A stretch of 43,060 nt of DNA, taken from positions 878,691 to 921,750 of the forward strand of contig NW_003526948.1 in NCBI RefSeq assembly GCF_000181795.1, in the 5' to 3' direction. Both the position numbers and the translations under genes were made by a program. Position 1 is the stretch's first letter; each line of letters begins with the position of its first letter. This document shows positions 9,928 through 22,045 of this stretch, piece after piece. The notes below the pieces were generated by a model. It made no database searches. It saw only the letters and a program-made list of their open reading frames with translations, and was not told the origin of the DNA. Source of the DNA: Trichinella spiralis. Its lineage: Eukaryota.

Positions 9928-12835
9928 CAGTCATTGTTTACACAAATGGCACAATTTGGGCACAGTATTGAACTTGTAAAGCTGCATTTTGTTCCCACAA
10001 TTTTTTAAAATGTATGCGGTTTAAAATAATTATGTCTATTTAAATCTCAATGAACTGACAGTGCACGTTTGAAGCTTTTTTCCATTGTTTTTTAAGTATG
10101 AAGATATCAGTAATTCGTAAATCAATGCTGTGCTGATATTTTGCTCACACCGATAACATTACGTGCAGAAAAATATCAAGTTTTCTCAAAGTAGGTTTAA
10201 TTATTTTCAGTCAGACTTTTTATTAAAAGAAAAAAAACGATATTTATTTCTTACAATCAGTAAAATTAAGTGAATTTTAATTTTCTGAGCAAAATTATTT
10301 ATTTTTATTAATATATTTCATTTATTTGTCTGTGATTATTGTTGGCGGCAAAACACTTCTTGACCATCATTTAAGTAATTCAAAATGACAGTATTATTTA
10401 GCAGTATTGCGACATAACTTTTGCTGAAAACAATCTTCTCTTTTTTTGTCACCTATTATTGAAATAAATATTAAAAAGTAATTATTAAAAATTAATATAA
10501 TTTATAATAAAAACGATGAAGAAAAAGGTATTTTTCATCATGTGATTAGATGGTTTTATTAATTCTCGTAAACTCTAGATCATTTACCAATTGCATGGTG
10601 TTATGATTTCATTAAAAAAAACGAGAATAAATGAAACACAAAAGAAAGTTTGCCATCACTGTTCTCCAGATCAAGTCAACACAATGCGATAGTTGAACAC
10701 GTATCGAAAGCTGAGATTCTATGCAAATTTTTATACCGAACAACTGCAGCGCGTGATGATATTATGCTAATTTTGCATCTGTTTACCAAAACGGTGAATG
10801 AAGTCTTATTTCGCTTTTCCAACTCGTCACTTCCCCTTGTTCGCATTTGTCTACTGGTGACATTCAACTGAGAATGGGAAATTTTCATTTTGCTTGAAAA
10901 AGCACTTGAAACATTATGTAAGCTGTGAAGCTGAAAAAAAAGAATGCAATTTGTCCACGTTTATTCAAGCTACGTTCAGAATATTTTTTAAAAATGAGCG
11001 ATAGAGGTAGGCAGAATTCAACACAAATTCATTTGTTAGGACTTATTTTCTTTGTGATGTTAACGAACTTTTCTTATTTATTTTTTTACGAAATATCAAA
11101 TCACTATTTTCCATGTTCTTCTTCTGTAGAAATAAATTTGATTATTTTGAAATTAGCTGCTGATTGTTTACATTAACAGCAGATTGAGTGAATTCCAACA
11201 TTCTTCTCGAGCATTCATCATATCCCACGTAGAAAGTGTGCAGATGCTATTATTTAGTTCTTCTGTTTTTTTTGTTCTGTTCATTCAACCAGGATTAGAT
11301 GGAAATACTTTTGCAACATTTTTCAGCTTCCGAAAATTTTCAGAATTCATTATTTTTTAACTGCTCTGTATACTATACTGTGACGTGTTTTTTTAATGAC
11401 AGAATTAATTATGCTTTTATCTAATTCTTTATTGTATATTTTTAGATTTATTATTTAAAATTTATTTTTCACCTAAAAAATTTAAAATTCAATGATACAT
11501 ATTCTTTTTTAACATGTTACATTTTTCATTATATTACAACTAAGTTATACGGAGAATGAAGACAAAAAATATGTTAATAAAGTTAATTTTATGTTTTTTT
11601 AATATTGTGATGAATTTCAATAAATTGGTTGAAAATTTTGTGCAAAATATACTAATACATTGGTTGACCTGATTCTTCTTCTATTTTGAATTATTACTGA
11701 AAGGTACTTGCTTTTCATTTTGACAAAACTTGAGACATTGTCTATAAACTGACCGGTTATTATTCTGTGCTGCGGCATTGTTTTGAGCTTGTTGGCTGTT
11801 GTTGTTGTTGAAAGTGTATATTTTGGTGGAATAGCTGAATCGTTGATATCCGATCGTCGAAATAGTGTCATTTTGTACCAACAATTCAAATTGTTCGAGT
11901 TGTTCATATCGGCAAGTAAAGTGACTTGCTTGACTTCCTCAACGCTGAATTTGATCTGGTTCAGCTGCGTTAAACGTTGAACGATTTGAATTTGCTTGAG
12001 GCAAATTTGGAAATTGCCTGTGATCGCTTCTTACAATTGAAAATTTGGTTCCTTTAGTGTAGCTGGAAAAAATTCTCTGTCTTCATACTGAAAGATATTG
12101 AACATTTTTCTCGTTGTCTACGAATTTGTTCGATCGAACTGTGTAATTTGTCGACTTGCATACTTTTGACCTAAATCAACTGACTTTATTTGACCACTTT
12201 GACTTGATTTCTTTACTATGGACAATATAATGAAGCATACGTTCCATTACACAGTTCATTGTTTCAAAAATGTTAAAATTAATCAACGTAATGAATGCGA
12301 CAACAATAATAACGGCACCAACAATAATAAAACTATTATTTTTGAAAAAGAGAATTCGTCGAAGACGAAAAATCGTCGAAAATATCTTTCCCGCAATCTT
12401 TATTTCAGTAAGTACACGCCTGTAGTGCAAATTGCGGCATGAGCTAATAATGAGACGTGTCGAACAGTAATTTTAACCAGTCCAGTTTTGGACAAATCTG
12501 TGTTGAAAAATAGAACTAAGGAATGAATCATTTTTTGAGATGAAAGTTTCCTCATTCGCTTGTAAAGGTGGTCAGTACTTTCGGACAAACATATATTATA
12601 TTTGGTAGAATTTACTGTTCAAGTTGTGCATTAGAAATCTGTTTCTTTTTGTGACTTTCATCTTGTAGCTAAATCTCAGTATCTGGTGTGGGCGAGTAGT
12701 TTGTTGTGTTTTCTTTTTTCCCCTTCTTTACACGATATAATAGCACATTTTGCGGTTGTCTTTCACACTGGTACTAACTTATTCACGATTATCTGTCTGT
12801 GAATACACAATTAAATAACATGCTTATGTATTTAG

Positions 12836-15800
12836 CTCAAATTGAAATTATCCCATGCAAAGTTTGCGGCGATAAGTCATCTGGAGTGCACTACGGTGTC
12901 ATCACTTGTGAAGGGTGCAAAGTAAGTTCAATTTGTTTTCTTTTATCATTGTTTATTTTCAGTAATAATGATACTATTAAATATTTGTAATTATAGGGCT
13001 TTTTTCGTCGAAGCCAATCGTCGGTGACGAACTATCAGTGTCCACGAAGCAAAAGTTGCGTTGTCGACCGTGTCAACCGTAATCGCTGTCAGTATTGTCG
13101 ATTGAAAAAATGCCTTGAATTGGGCATGTCTCGCGATGGTAATTTTTTTTCTGCTAATCATAAGACAAATTTATTTGATTATATTTTTATATGAATTTTA
13201 CCCAGTATAATTCGTAATAATTTTAATTTCAATATTTCGAAGTGAAATTATATACGTGGCATTACAGTAAAATAATTCAAAGGTACAAATGCGTTTCACA
13301 TCTCTCTGTACGAATAGTTTACGTGTAATGTTATTTATCTAAAAAATTTAAGCGATATCTTTGTACTAAATGTAAAATGCTTTTTTATTTTGTTGGAATG
13401 TATAATGTATTTAATTTTTTATTTCAATAAGTATTGATGTTAAAAATAGATGTATAATTGAGATGTTTTTTAATGCAACAATACAGTTTTTCCCAGTCAC
13501 TGATTTTTAGACAGAAATGACTGTATTATTAAAAAATTTTTTAATTATAGTTTTTATTTATTAATCAATTGTTTATTGTTATTCAATAATTGCTATTGAA
13601 AACTGAAGATTGTTTATAAATTTTCTGTTTTTGTGTTTAGTAATTAATGTTTTTTTTTACTTTTTCTGTTCACTTTCCATCTTCATTGTGAAGCTTTTCA
13701 TTGTAATGTTAATTTCGAACAAAATTTTACTATTTCATTTAGTTAGTAATCCATTTGGAAATTATTTTTAGCGTTGTTTGCATAATTATGAAGCTTTGCT
13801 TGTTTCGCTAATATGGAATTCTTTTAGCAGTGAAGTTTGGGCGAATGTCTAAGAAACAGCGTGAGAAAGTTGAAGACGAAGTCCGCATGCATAAGCAGTT
13901 GCAAGAACAATTGCCAATGAATGTTAGTGGGGGAATGGTTGCAATGAATGGATCCCAGAGCATGTACGGACAGTACAGTTCTCCGAACGCTCCGTATTCT
14001 CCTACAGCATTGTAAAATTTGCATTCGTTTATTACTTGCTATAAATTTAATTCATTTGAATGTGAAGTTGTTGTTTGTTTTATTTTTATTTATGAATTTT
14101 CAGTTATTCATCCTATGCAACGAATGGCTCTGCATATCTTGGAAATGGATATAGTGGGTACCATCAGTCCATTCCTGCAGTGAGCAGTTATCAAACAAAT
14201 CATGTTGTTAACGCCTCACCATATACGACCAACAACTTGTCTCCTTATGTCGGTACCAGTGGCAGTGGAGAACAGTTGACGATGCAATCGTCCAGCTCTA
14301 GGGTGAAAATTGAGTCACCCAATGATTCGCTAAGCAATTTTTGTGAGGAATTTGTTTAATTTCATTCTTTTTGTTCCATCTATTTCGTATCACACGGGAT
14401 CAATTTTTTGTTTGTGTTTTAGCAGGAAATTCAGCTTCCGCTGTTCTTGTGTCGGATGTGTTGACAACAATCAAAACTTTGACCACTGCACATGCACATA
14501 CTTGTATTTATTCTGTGGAGCAAAGACAACAGCTGAAATTGAACAGTGTGGAACAGAATCAGGCTCTGATTATGAAGTATAAAAGCATGGTAAATTATGC
14601 TTTTATTATTAATATTTATAAGTTGAAATTCAGTTCATTCGGTTCCAGTTGAGATTTTCATCTGTTTTTCACATTCAGCTGAGTTTTGGAAAAGTACAAT
14701 TTTGGATTCAATCCATGATTGAGATTTCTATAATGGAAAAATGTTCGATTCTGTTCACTTATATATGTTTTTTTTCCAAATAGTTATGCTAGAAGTAATT
14801 CAGTATCTTTCTTTATTTCATCAGTTTGACAATTCAGTTTCCATTATATGGTAATGGATATTTGGTTTGGTATCACTGTTGTTTTGTTTCTTTTTTTTCT
14901 GCATTTTCAGTTTTGTGAACTTTTCTGAGTTTAGCTGGGATCTTTAATTTTAATTTTAAATATTTTGTAATTTTTCATGCAAGCTGTGAGAGTGATTTGT
15001 TCTTGAAACGAATGGTGCACACGGATTATTGAATGAGGAAGGTGTCACTTTTTTTTGGTTTTTGGATTTTTACTAAAATTTCACTTAACAGTTGACAGAT
15101 GTTGAAATATATGGAAATGTAATGCTTTTTTTGGTTTGCTCAACTGCTTGATACCGATAGAGAAAATTTTTTTGGTCTCATTTTGCTAGAAAATTTTTTT
15201 CCATTGCAGACTCGTTTGGATCGTTGGTTGGACTGCGCCAACAAACTGACTCATGCAGTGCAGCAAATTATCGAGTTTGCTAAACTGGTACCCGGATTTA
15301 TGAAGCTGCAACAGGATGATCAAATAATGTTATTGAAAGGAGGTTTGAAAAAAATTGTTTGTTTTCTTTTTTGTCTTTTCTTGATTATTTTAATTTTTAA
15401 TTTTATAGGTGCCTTTGAAGTGTCACTCATTCGAATGTCGACCTTGTATGACATTACTGCGGACTGTGTTCTGTACGGTGGTATTTATATGCCTGTTACG
15501 TTTTTTTGCTCAGAAGATGCTGCTGAGCAACAATTTATTGTGAACGTCTTCAATTTGGTGCGTGAGTTAGCAGCGTGTTTTTTGACAGAGAGTGAAATCG
15601 CTCTCTACAGCGCGCTGGTATTGATGTCTCCGGGTAAGTGCTGGTATCATTTTGTTATTTTTGAATTCCATTTTTTTTTGTTTTTCAAGGTCGAAACGGG
15701 ATTAGAAATCAAACCAGCATTCGTGAAATGCACGAACTATTTTTTGACTGTTTGGCACATGAAATTCGCAACAATCATCCAAATGATTTGACGCTCATGC

Positions 15801-15934
15801 CACGATTGACCTCATATCTGACGACTTTGCAAGAAGTTGCTTCTCAGCACGTTGCTGTATTGGCGAAATTTAAAAAGGTTTCAATGGTGGAGTTGCCCGC
15901 TCTTTACAAGGAATTGTTTTCAGTTGATGGATGA
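12836..15934 (+). CDS. nhr-23: Nuclear hormone receptor HR3/NHR-23 (NR1F, ROR family), core exons with C4 zinc-finger DNA-binding domain and ligand-binding domain
   Basis: Exons 12836-12921, 12997-13138, 13828-14011, 14104-14342, 14423-14589, 15210-15342, 15409-15633, 15690-15934 join in frame via GT-AG introns. Translation: [95 protein letters not shown] (NR1F DBD plus C-terminal extension), then LBD signature [26 protein letters not shown] and C-terminal LPALYKELF. The donor at 14343 is the least certain boundary. Confidence 0.96.
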
Positions 15935-16518
15935 AAAAGCCGCAATAATGAACAATACTGCATATAAGAACAAAAAGCAAAAGCAAGCAAAATTTCTACC
16001 ACATTTATCAATCATTCCTCTGTCAGCTTTGTTTTTCTTTCTTATTTATCTTATAATTTGCTACTAACTTTGTTTCTCCGGTCTTTTTTTTGCGTTGCAT
16101 CCTGTTGATATTTTTGCCTTCTAATGGTTTATTTTAATGTTGCTTCATTTTTTATTCAATTTCTTTTCATCCTCTTTGGTTTTGTCTTTTTTAATTGAAA
16201 AATGTCTTGCAACGCTCGCTTGCTTATTACGTCTGTGTATGTTTTTTTTTATTTTTTGACAATTCGAATCGTTTGAAAATGGTTTATTTTTGACGACGAT
16301 ACCTCTTTTCCATGAGACAGTTTCCACTGAGCTCTTATTTTAATATATTGAGTGATTTGCAATATTATTTATTTTCTATGCATGTTTTTTGTATGGTATC
16401 GTCATTTCATCATCATCTTTTCTTTAGACTAACGTTATCGATTTGAACAAAAAGATCCATCTTTAAGCGGCGATAACTTTTTTCGGTAGTAATTTGAACA
16501 TGTTAAGTCATTTATAGT

Positions 16519-16524
<6 letters not shown>

Positions 16525-16550
<26 letters not shown>

Positions 16551-16660
16551 CATGTTCGTATATTTAATGCTTACTCCTTTATATTATTTATTTTTTCTTT
16601 CATCTCTAAAATTTCAAAGTATTTATTCAAATGTGCTTGTGTGTGTGTGTGTGTGTGTGT
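16525..16660 (+). repeat. Two (TG)n microsatellites in the HR3 3'UTR (16525-16550, 16638-16660)
   Basis: Directly visible. Confidence 0.9.
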
Positions 16661-16792
16661 TTTTTTTTGCGCGCCCGAGCGCTATTTCTCATATTTTGTA
16701 TAGTCTAGTGGTTCAAAGTTCCATCTTTCGATACTACTGACTTCCAGCAGTTTTATCGTTTCATTTTTTATTACACGTCACATCAGTAATCT

Positions 16793-16798
16793 AATAAA
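16793..16798 (+). terminator. Candidate polyadenylation signal of HR3 (3'UTR ~0.87 kb)
   Basis: AATAAA at the end of a T-rich 3'UTR-like stretch following the stop codon at 15934. Confidence 0.45.
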
Positions 16799-18563
16799 AG
16801 CTTGGTTCATCATTGCGAATAGTATTTTTCATCATTTGAAGAATGTCCGTACAGTATTGCAACTCAGTTTGTGAAAAAGAAAGTAAGTATAATATGAAAA
16901 TGAAAAAAATGTGGTTTTCAGAGGTTGCGGAAAAGATGGCGTTGATCTGAATTCAACTTGCATTCAACTTCTTTTTATTATCAGTACAGAATTTTATCCG
17001 TTAATATTGACAAGGCACTTATAAAAAATATTTAATGGCGAACACAATGAGCTTAATTTTTTTTATTTCTTTTACCACTCCAAGAGGCTGGGTACAACTT
17101 TTGGGAAATTGATGACCTGACCTGATAACCTTTGGATGAAAATAAAAATCATCTATTTTATCGAGCTTTCACTACATACGTGCTTTGTTCATTGTTTCTT
17201 TTTCTAACTATATTTCGTTCATCATTCTGTGGTCAACAACGATGGAAATTTATTTATTTTCATTTCTAGTAATGCACGCATTACTGTTATAAGAAATTAA
17301 GAAAGTACTGAAGGGAATTTATTTATTTATGAAATTATCTTCTTCCCATTAAAAATTAATTTTTAAAATTATTTTTTTAGATTTATACCGTATTGCGTTA
17401 TCAAAACTAACACTATTGAAACGAACCAATTCATTCTGAAAATTAATACAAATAATCTTGTCGCAAAGTTTTCCCCATTATAGTTTTGCAAAGTTTTTCA
17501 TATTTTTCACGTTAACTCATCGCCGTTATTCTTTTAAAGTATTACAGTATTATTTTTAATAAAATACAAGTGTAGCTTATTTTTTATATTACTGTATTTA
17601 GTTTACTGTAATTTTTCGCAAACACTCATATTAAATTTTATATTTATTTGATCATGAAGAAAGAAAATCGTTTATTCGTTTATTAAATAGTTTATTAGCT
17701 AAATGAAAGTTACAATAATTCATATACTGAAAGAACGTGCAAAACTATCATAACCAACTATTAAGAAACTTGAACTATTTTTACAATTGAAACTATTGGA
17801 AATAGTTATCAACAAGAAATCTAACAGCAGTCATAGTATAAATAGCACTAGGACGAAATTTTCCAGTATTACGACGAATACGTTCAGAACTTTACAATGA
17901 TAACCGCTTGCCATTTTCATCCAAGGTCACCACGTTCTCTTGAATGCCAACAACAACAGAAGATTTTAATGCACATCACGCTGAAAAAATAATATTCTAC
18001 TCACTGAATGTTTGATTTCAATAATTTCAGCAGCAAAGGTTGCCGTGATCAATTTTCACTTTACTTATGATGGTAATGGTAGAAAAAACAATTATAAATC
18101 ATATTTACACTCATTACACCACTGTATTTAATGTATAAAACATTGTCATGTTAACAGCATTTTATCTCATTTTCACAGTTATAAATATGCTGCTTTTAGT
18201 ATTTTACAATTTTCCTGAATATACTTTTTAATGCTTAATTTTACCTGCACTTAATTTGCATACTGTAATTAAGACACGTCATTTTGGAAAATATTTTCGT
18301 GTGGGTTTGTGTAAATGATGGAAAGTTAAAAAATATTGTTCATTATCATCATATCATGGTTGCAGTGATATAAATTGTGCTGTATATGCTAATTTTAATT
18401 ATTACTGTTTTTATGTTACTTTATTTTTTTTAATATTTTACGATATCTGTGAGAAACGTCAGTTTTTGTTGTCTTTTTTTCAAGTATTTTTTTTCGCTTA
18501 CTGAATTTAGAATGAATTATGTACAATTTTTTGAGTGACTTATATTTTAGATCACGAATAATC

Positions 18564-20939
18564 ATGGAAAGCGAAGAGTTTAGTGAATTGAGTTCTACAT
18601 ACTCTTATGGAAGTTTCTTCATGCGTGTTGTAAGTGATAAACGAACTTATAATCTACATCCGTTTATTTTGGTTCAGAACATAGCTACTTATCCTATCAG
18701 TATGACAAGAATACTTTGCCAAGTAAAATTGCTTTTCAACTGCTGATGGTCGGTAAATGATGTTATTTTTTTTAGCTTGGTTATGAGCCACTTCCGTTGG
18801 AAGTGGGGACTACGTTGTTTTCGAAAACGGTGGAAAAATTTTCTCCAAATTACTTTGCCATCAGTAATATTTTGAAAAATTATTTTTTATTTTATGATAA
18901 CTGTTGCTCTTAAGTGAAATATCTGTGGAAAACCAAAGGGTTCTGCTCTCTGTACATTGGACTTGATCTAAATCTCATCCATTTGATCTGTCAGCGTTGT
19001 GTTTCTTACAGCGTTTACAAGGTGAATTTATTTCAATAATTTTGGTCATTGCATTTCATCTATTTTATTTTAGTATTTGGAAAAAGCATATTTGGGGAAA
19101 ACTAATGATCAACTGTGTTTGTCAGATTATGCGTATTTTTTAAAACAAGTACGAAACGTTGCCCACTGATTAATATTTTTAATTTATTTTAATTATTTAG
19201 CTTGCGAAACAATCAGTTGCTATATGCGTAGGTATTACAGTGTCAAGACCTTTCCGAAGTTTGTAATGCAGTTAATATTATTAGTCGAATTTGAGTTGCA
19301 TTTTTGCTTTAGCTTTACTTTGCCGAACCGTGGCTCAACTAATTTTTGACGAAAAAAAGTATACTGGATCCATTTTCCGTCGTTTCTGCACAGCATATGA
19401 AGAAACTGGATTTATGGGTTTCTTTAGGTTAGAATTATTAATTTATATTGATATTTTTTACATTAAAACTTTTTTAATTGAATGTTCAAACCTTTGTAAT
19501 TCCAACTACTAACTCATCATATGTGCTTGTTGCATTTCAATTTTGACACAGTCATTTTGTAATAATATCATGGTCACATTAATATTCATTCATTGTCTTT
19601 TCTAAATTTTTCATACCATTGCATTGCTTAGCGTAGGTTTGCATTTTGCTGATGCAGCATTCATTTATTGCTTGTAATTGCTGCTCGATAGATTGCATTT
19701 TGGTTTGGTTAGTGATGATACAGTTCAAGTAATTTATGATATGAAAGGCTCATAAACAGATGGAAGGAATTGCTCATATAATATTGAAGTTTACTTTCAA
19801 ATGTAAATTGCTTTTAGTCGAACATTTCAGCAATCTGTAAATGTTGCACCTGCATTACATTAATTATTAGTTGATGAATTATTAAATGTGTTTGTAGTGT
19901 TTTTATTCTCTTGTGGATATTTATATGAGCATTTGTTTTGCAGTGGTGTTGTCGCTGAATTAATTGGAGAGATGTGTTTTCTATGGATCAGCGCTCACAT
20001 TCTGCGCTATCTGAAGAAAATGATACTCGAGCAGAATGAGGAAGAGGTATTATTAAAGTTTAGTACTTTAATTTATTTTGAGTAATTTTTGTGATTATTT
20101 TCCATGCAAGAATTTTAATATTGATCTACATAGTAATAATATATTCATAATTTGGACCATTTTGCTGCATGGGTAAGTTTGAAATTTTACGTTAAACAAA
20201 CATTGATAATAATGAATTTTTCATTTAGTAGTATGTGTTCAAGTATTAAAATGATGAATAATGATATTCTACTTTGGTAAACTTGTGACAATATTTATTG
20301 TGACGAAAGCTTAAAGAATGAAAATTTTATTAGATGGAATTAATGACAAATAGTAATGCTTATTAACATTACTTATTATTATTATTACTGTTGTTGTTGA
20401 TGTTATGTTCATTCACATTTTATAATTAAATACTTTTCTGTTTTTTAGAGAAAACGACGCAGAACTGAATTGATTTTTCCCGGTTTTGCAACGTTTATAA
20501 TTCCAGTAAGAATTATAAATAATGTTCAATTTGTTTTTGTGTATTTTATACAGCGTGTATATTTTATAGCGCATTCTGAGAGGGAAATTTTATCCATTTC
20601 ATTTGGTCGCCACTATAATGGCGGTAAACGGTAGCAGGTATGATTTATTATTCAATGTTGCTACAAGAAGAACATTTGTTTGTTATATTTCGTAATTTGT
20701 TACAGTTTGAAAGTGGGGAATCCGCCATTTTATCCTGTTTTTGATCGATGGTACAACTGTTATGCATACTTGAATGAAATGGTATGTAGACCTAAATGTT
20801 TTCCTCCAGTGTTGTGACGTACGAATTTTCTGTTTCTTGATTTTAGAAGCATTTCGACAGAGGTCGCAAAATGTTTAATCGCGTTTACAAAGGTGCCTAC
20901 GAATCTCTGAATGGAAAATTGTATGCATTACCGTATTAG
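18564..20939 (+). CDS. mtch-1: Mitochondrial carrier homologue (MTCH1/MTCH2 family, outer-membrane insertase)
   Basis: Exons 18564-18722 (possibly split by an in-frame 48-nt intron 18630-18677), 18776-18863, 18915-19021, 19074-19148, 19201-19258, 19313-19427, 19944-20046, 20449-20505, 20570-20637, 20706-20781, 20847-20939. MTCH-typical motifs: ILCQLGYEPLP, SRPFRTLLCRTVAQLIFDEKKYTG, YEETGFMGFFSGVVAELIGE, YPFHLVATIMAVNGS, GNPPFYPVFDRWYNC, RGRKMFNRV. Confidence 0.9.
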
Positions 20940-21066
20940 AAAGGCATCACATAACCTGCTGAATATTATTAATCAACATAGACAAGCAGCACTTTTATAA
21001 TGTAGTTTTTTTATTTTATATATTTCCAAATTTCTGGGCTAAACTGTTTTGAAACTAATACTGTAG

Positions 21067-21067
<1 letters not shown>

Positions 21068-21103
<36 letters not shown>
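21068..21103 (+). repeat. (AAT)12 microsatellite in the MTCH 3'UTR
   Basis: Directly visible. Confidence 0.9.
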
Positions 21104-21124
21104 CCCATTTCAGAAATTGATTTG

Positions 21125-21130
21125 AATAAA
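21125..21130 (+). terminator. Candidate polyadenylation signal of MTCH
   Basis: AATAAA ~185 nt after the stop codon, followed by T-rich sequence. Confidence 0.45.
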
Positions 21131-21942
21131 AATTGCTTTTTTACTTACCGCATGTTTTTTCTTTTTGGTTAATGGCTAATATCATAAATGTGGGTATTTT
21201 CGTGAATTATTCAGATTTCAGTGCTTCCTCTGAAAAAAGACTTTTATTCTATCAAAAATGGAAGAGATCTTTTGAAAATTTTATATTTCATAAAGGAACT
21301 GAAAAAATATTATGTAAATTCTCAAAAAACCCAAATAAAGAGCAAAAAAATGTCTGAATTTCCTCTTGATTAACTGGAAAAAGTTTGTAAATACGTTCAG
21401 CAGCATCATATTTGAAGAAAAATTGTACCTTATTATTCTTTTTATTACTGTTTCTTTTTGACCTAATTTAGGCAAAAATATAAATAAATATATATATATA
21501 TATGGTAAATGAAACATTATAAAACGTAGAAAAGTGACTTATTCCATTTTTAACGACTGGGTAGATTTTTATTGAAAAACAAATTTATGGAAAATGAAAA
21601 ACATGAGAAAATAGTAATTGATCATATATATATGTACAACCATTGTACTAATTAAAAAAAATTGGCACAATGTTTTTATTGCAGCTGTCTTACTAGATAT
21701 TACAAACGTAAATGAAATAAAGTATTTTTTTGCAAATTTTATAGGCGAAAAACATTTGTATCTTAAAAATGAAAAATATGGTGAAGTCTTTACAACATTT
21801 AAATTTACATTTTCAGTTTATTGAATATTTCATTTTTAATTTATTAGTATCAACTGAACTTTGATCAGTCTATATTAAAATGTCGTTGAAAAATGCACAG
21901 ATATTTCAACAGAGAAGTGATTAAATAAAGTGCCACAGTTAA

Positions 21943-22045
21943 AGCGGAATGATCGTAGCTTCCTGTTGCGGCGGCCCTTCCACTGTTTGCGCGCCATTCA
22001 CGTCTTATGGCTTACTTTAGCTTGCACTCTGTGGTTCATGTAAGT
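21943..22045 (+). promoter_or_regulatory. Candidate SEC62 promoter and non-coding first exon
   Basis: Isolated GC-rich island with ETS-like CTTCCTG and YY1-like CGCCATT (21992-21998). It ends in donor GTAAGT at 22040, which could splice to the TTTTTCAG acceptor (22659) two bases before the SEC62 ATG. Confidence 0.45.

Noticed and set aside
12799..12835. In-frame ATGs just before the DBD exon (MLMYLAQ)
   Set aside because: They lie in the intron ahead of a normal TTTAG acceptor at a position where the family has a phase-1 intron; upstream spliced starts are more plausible.
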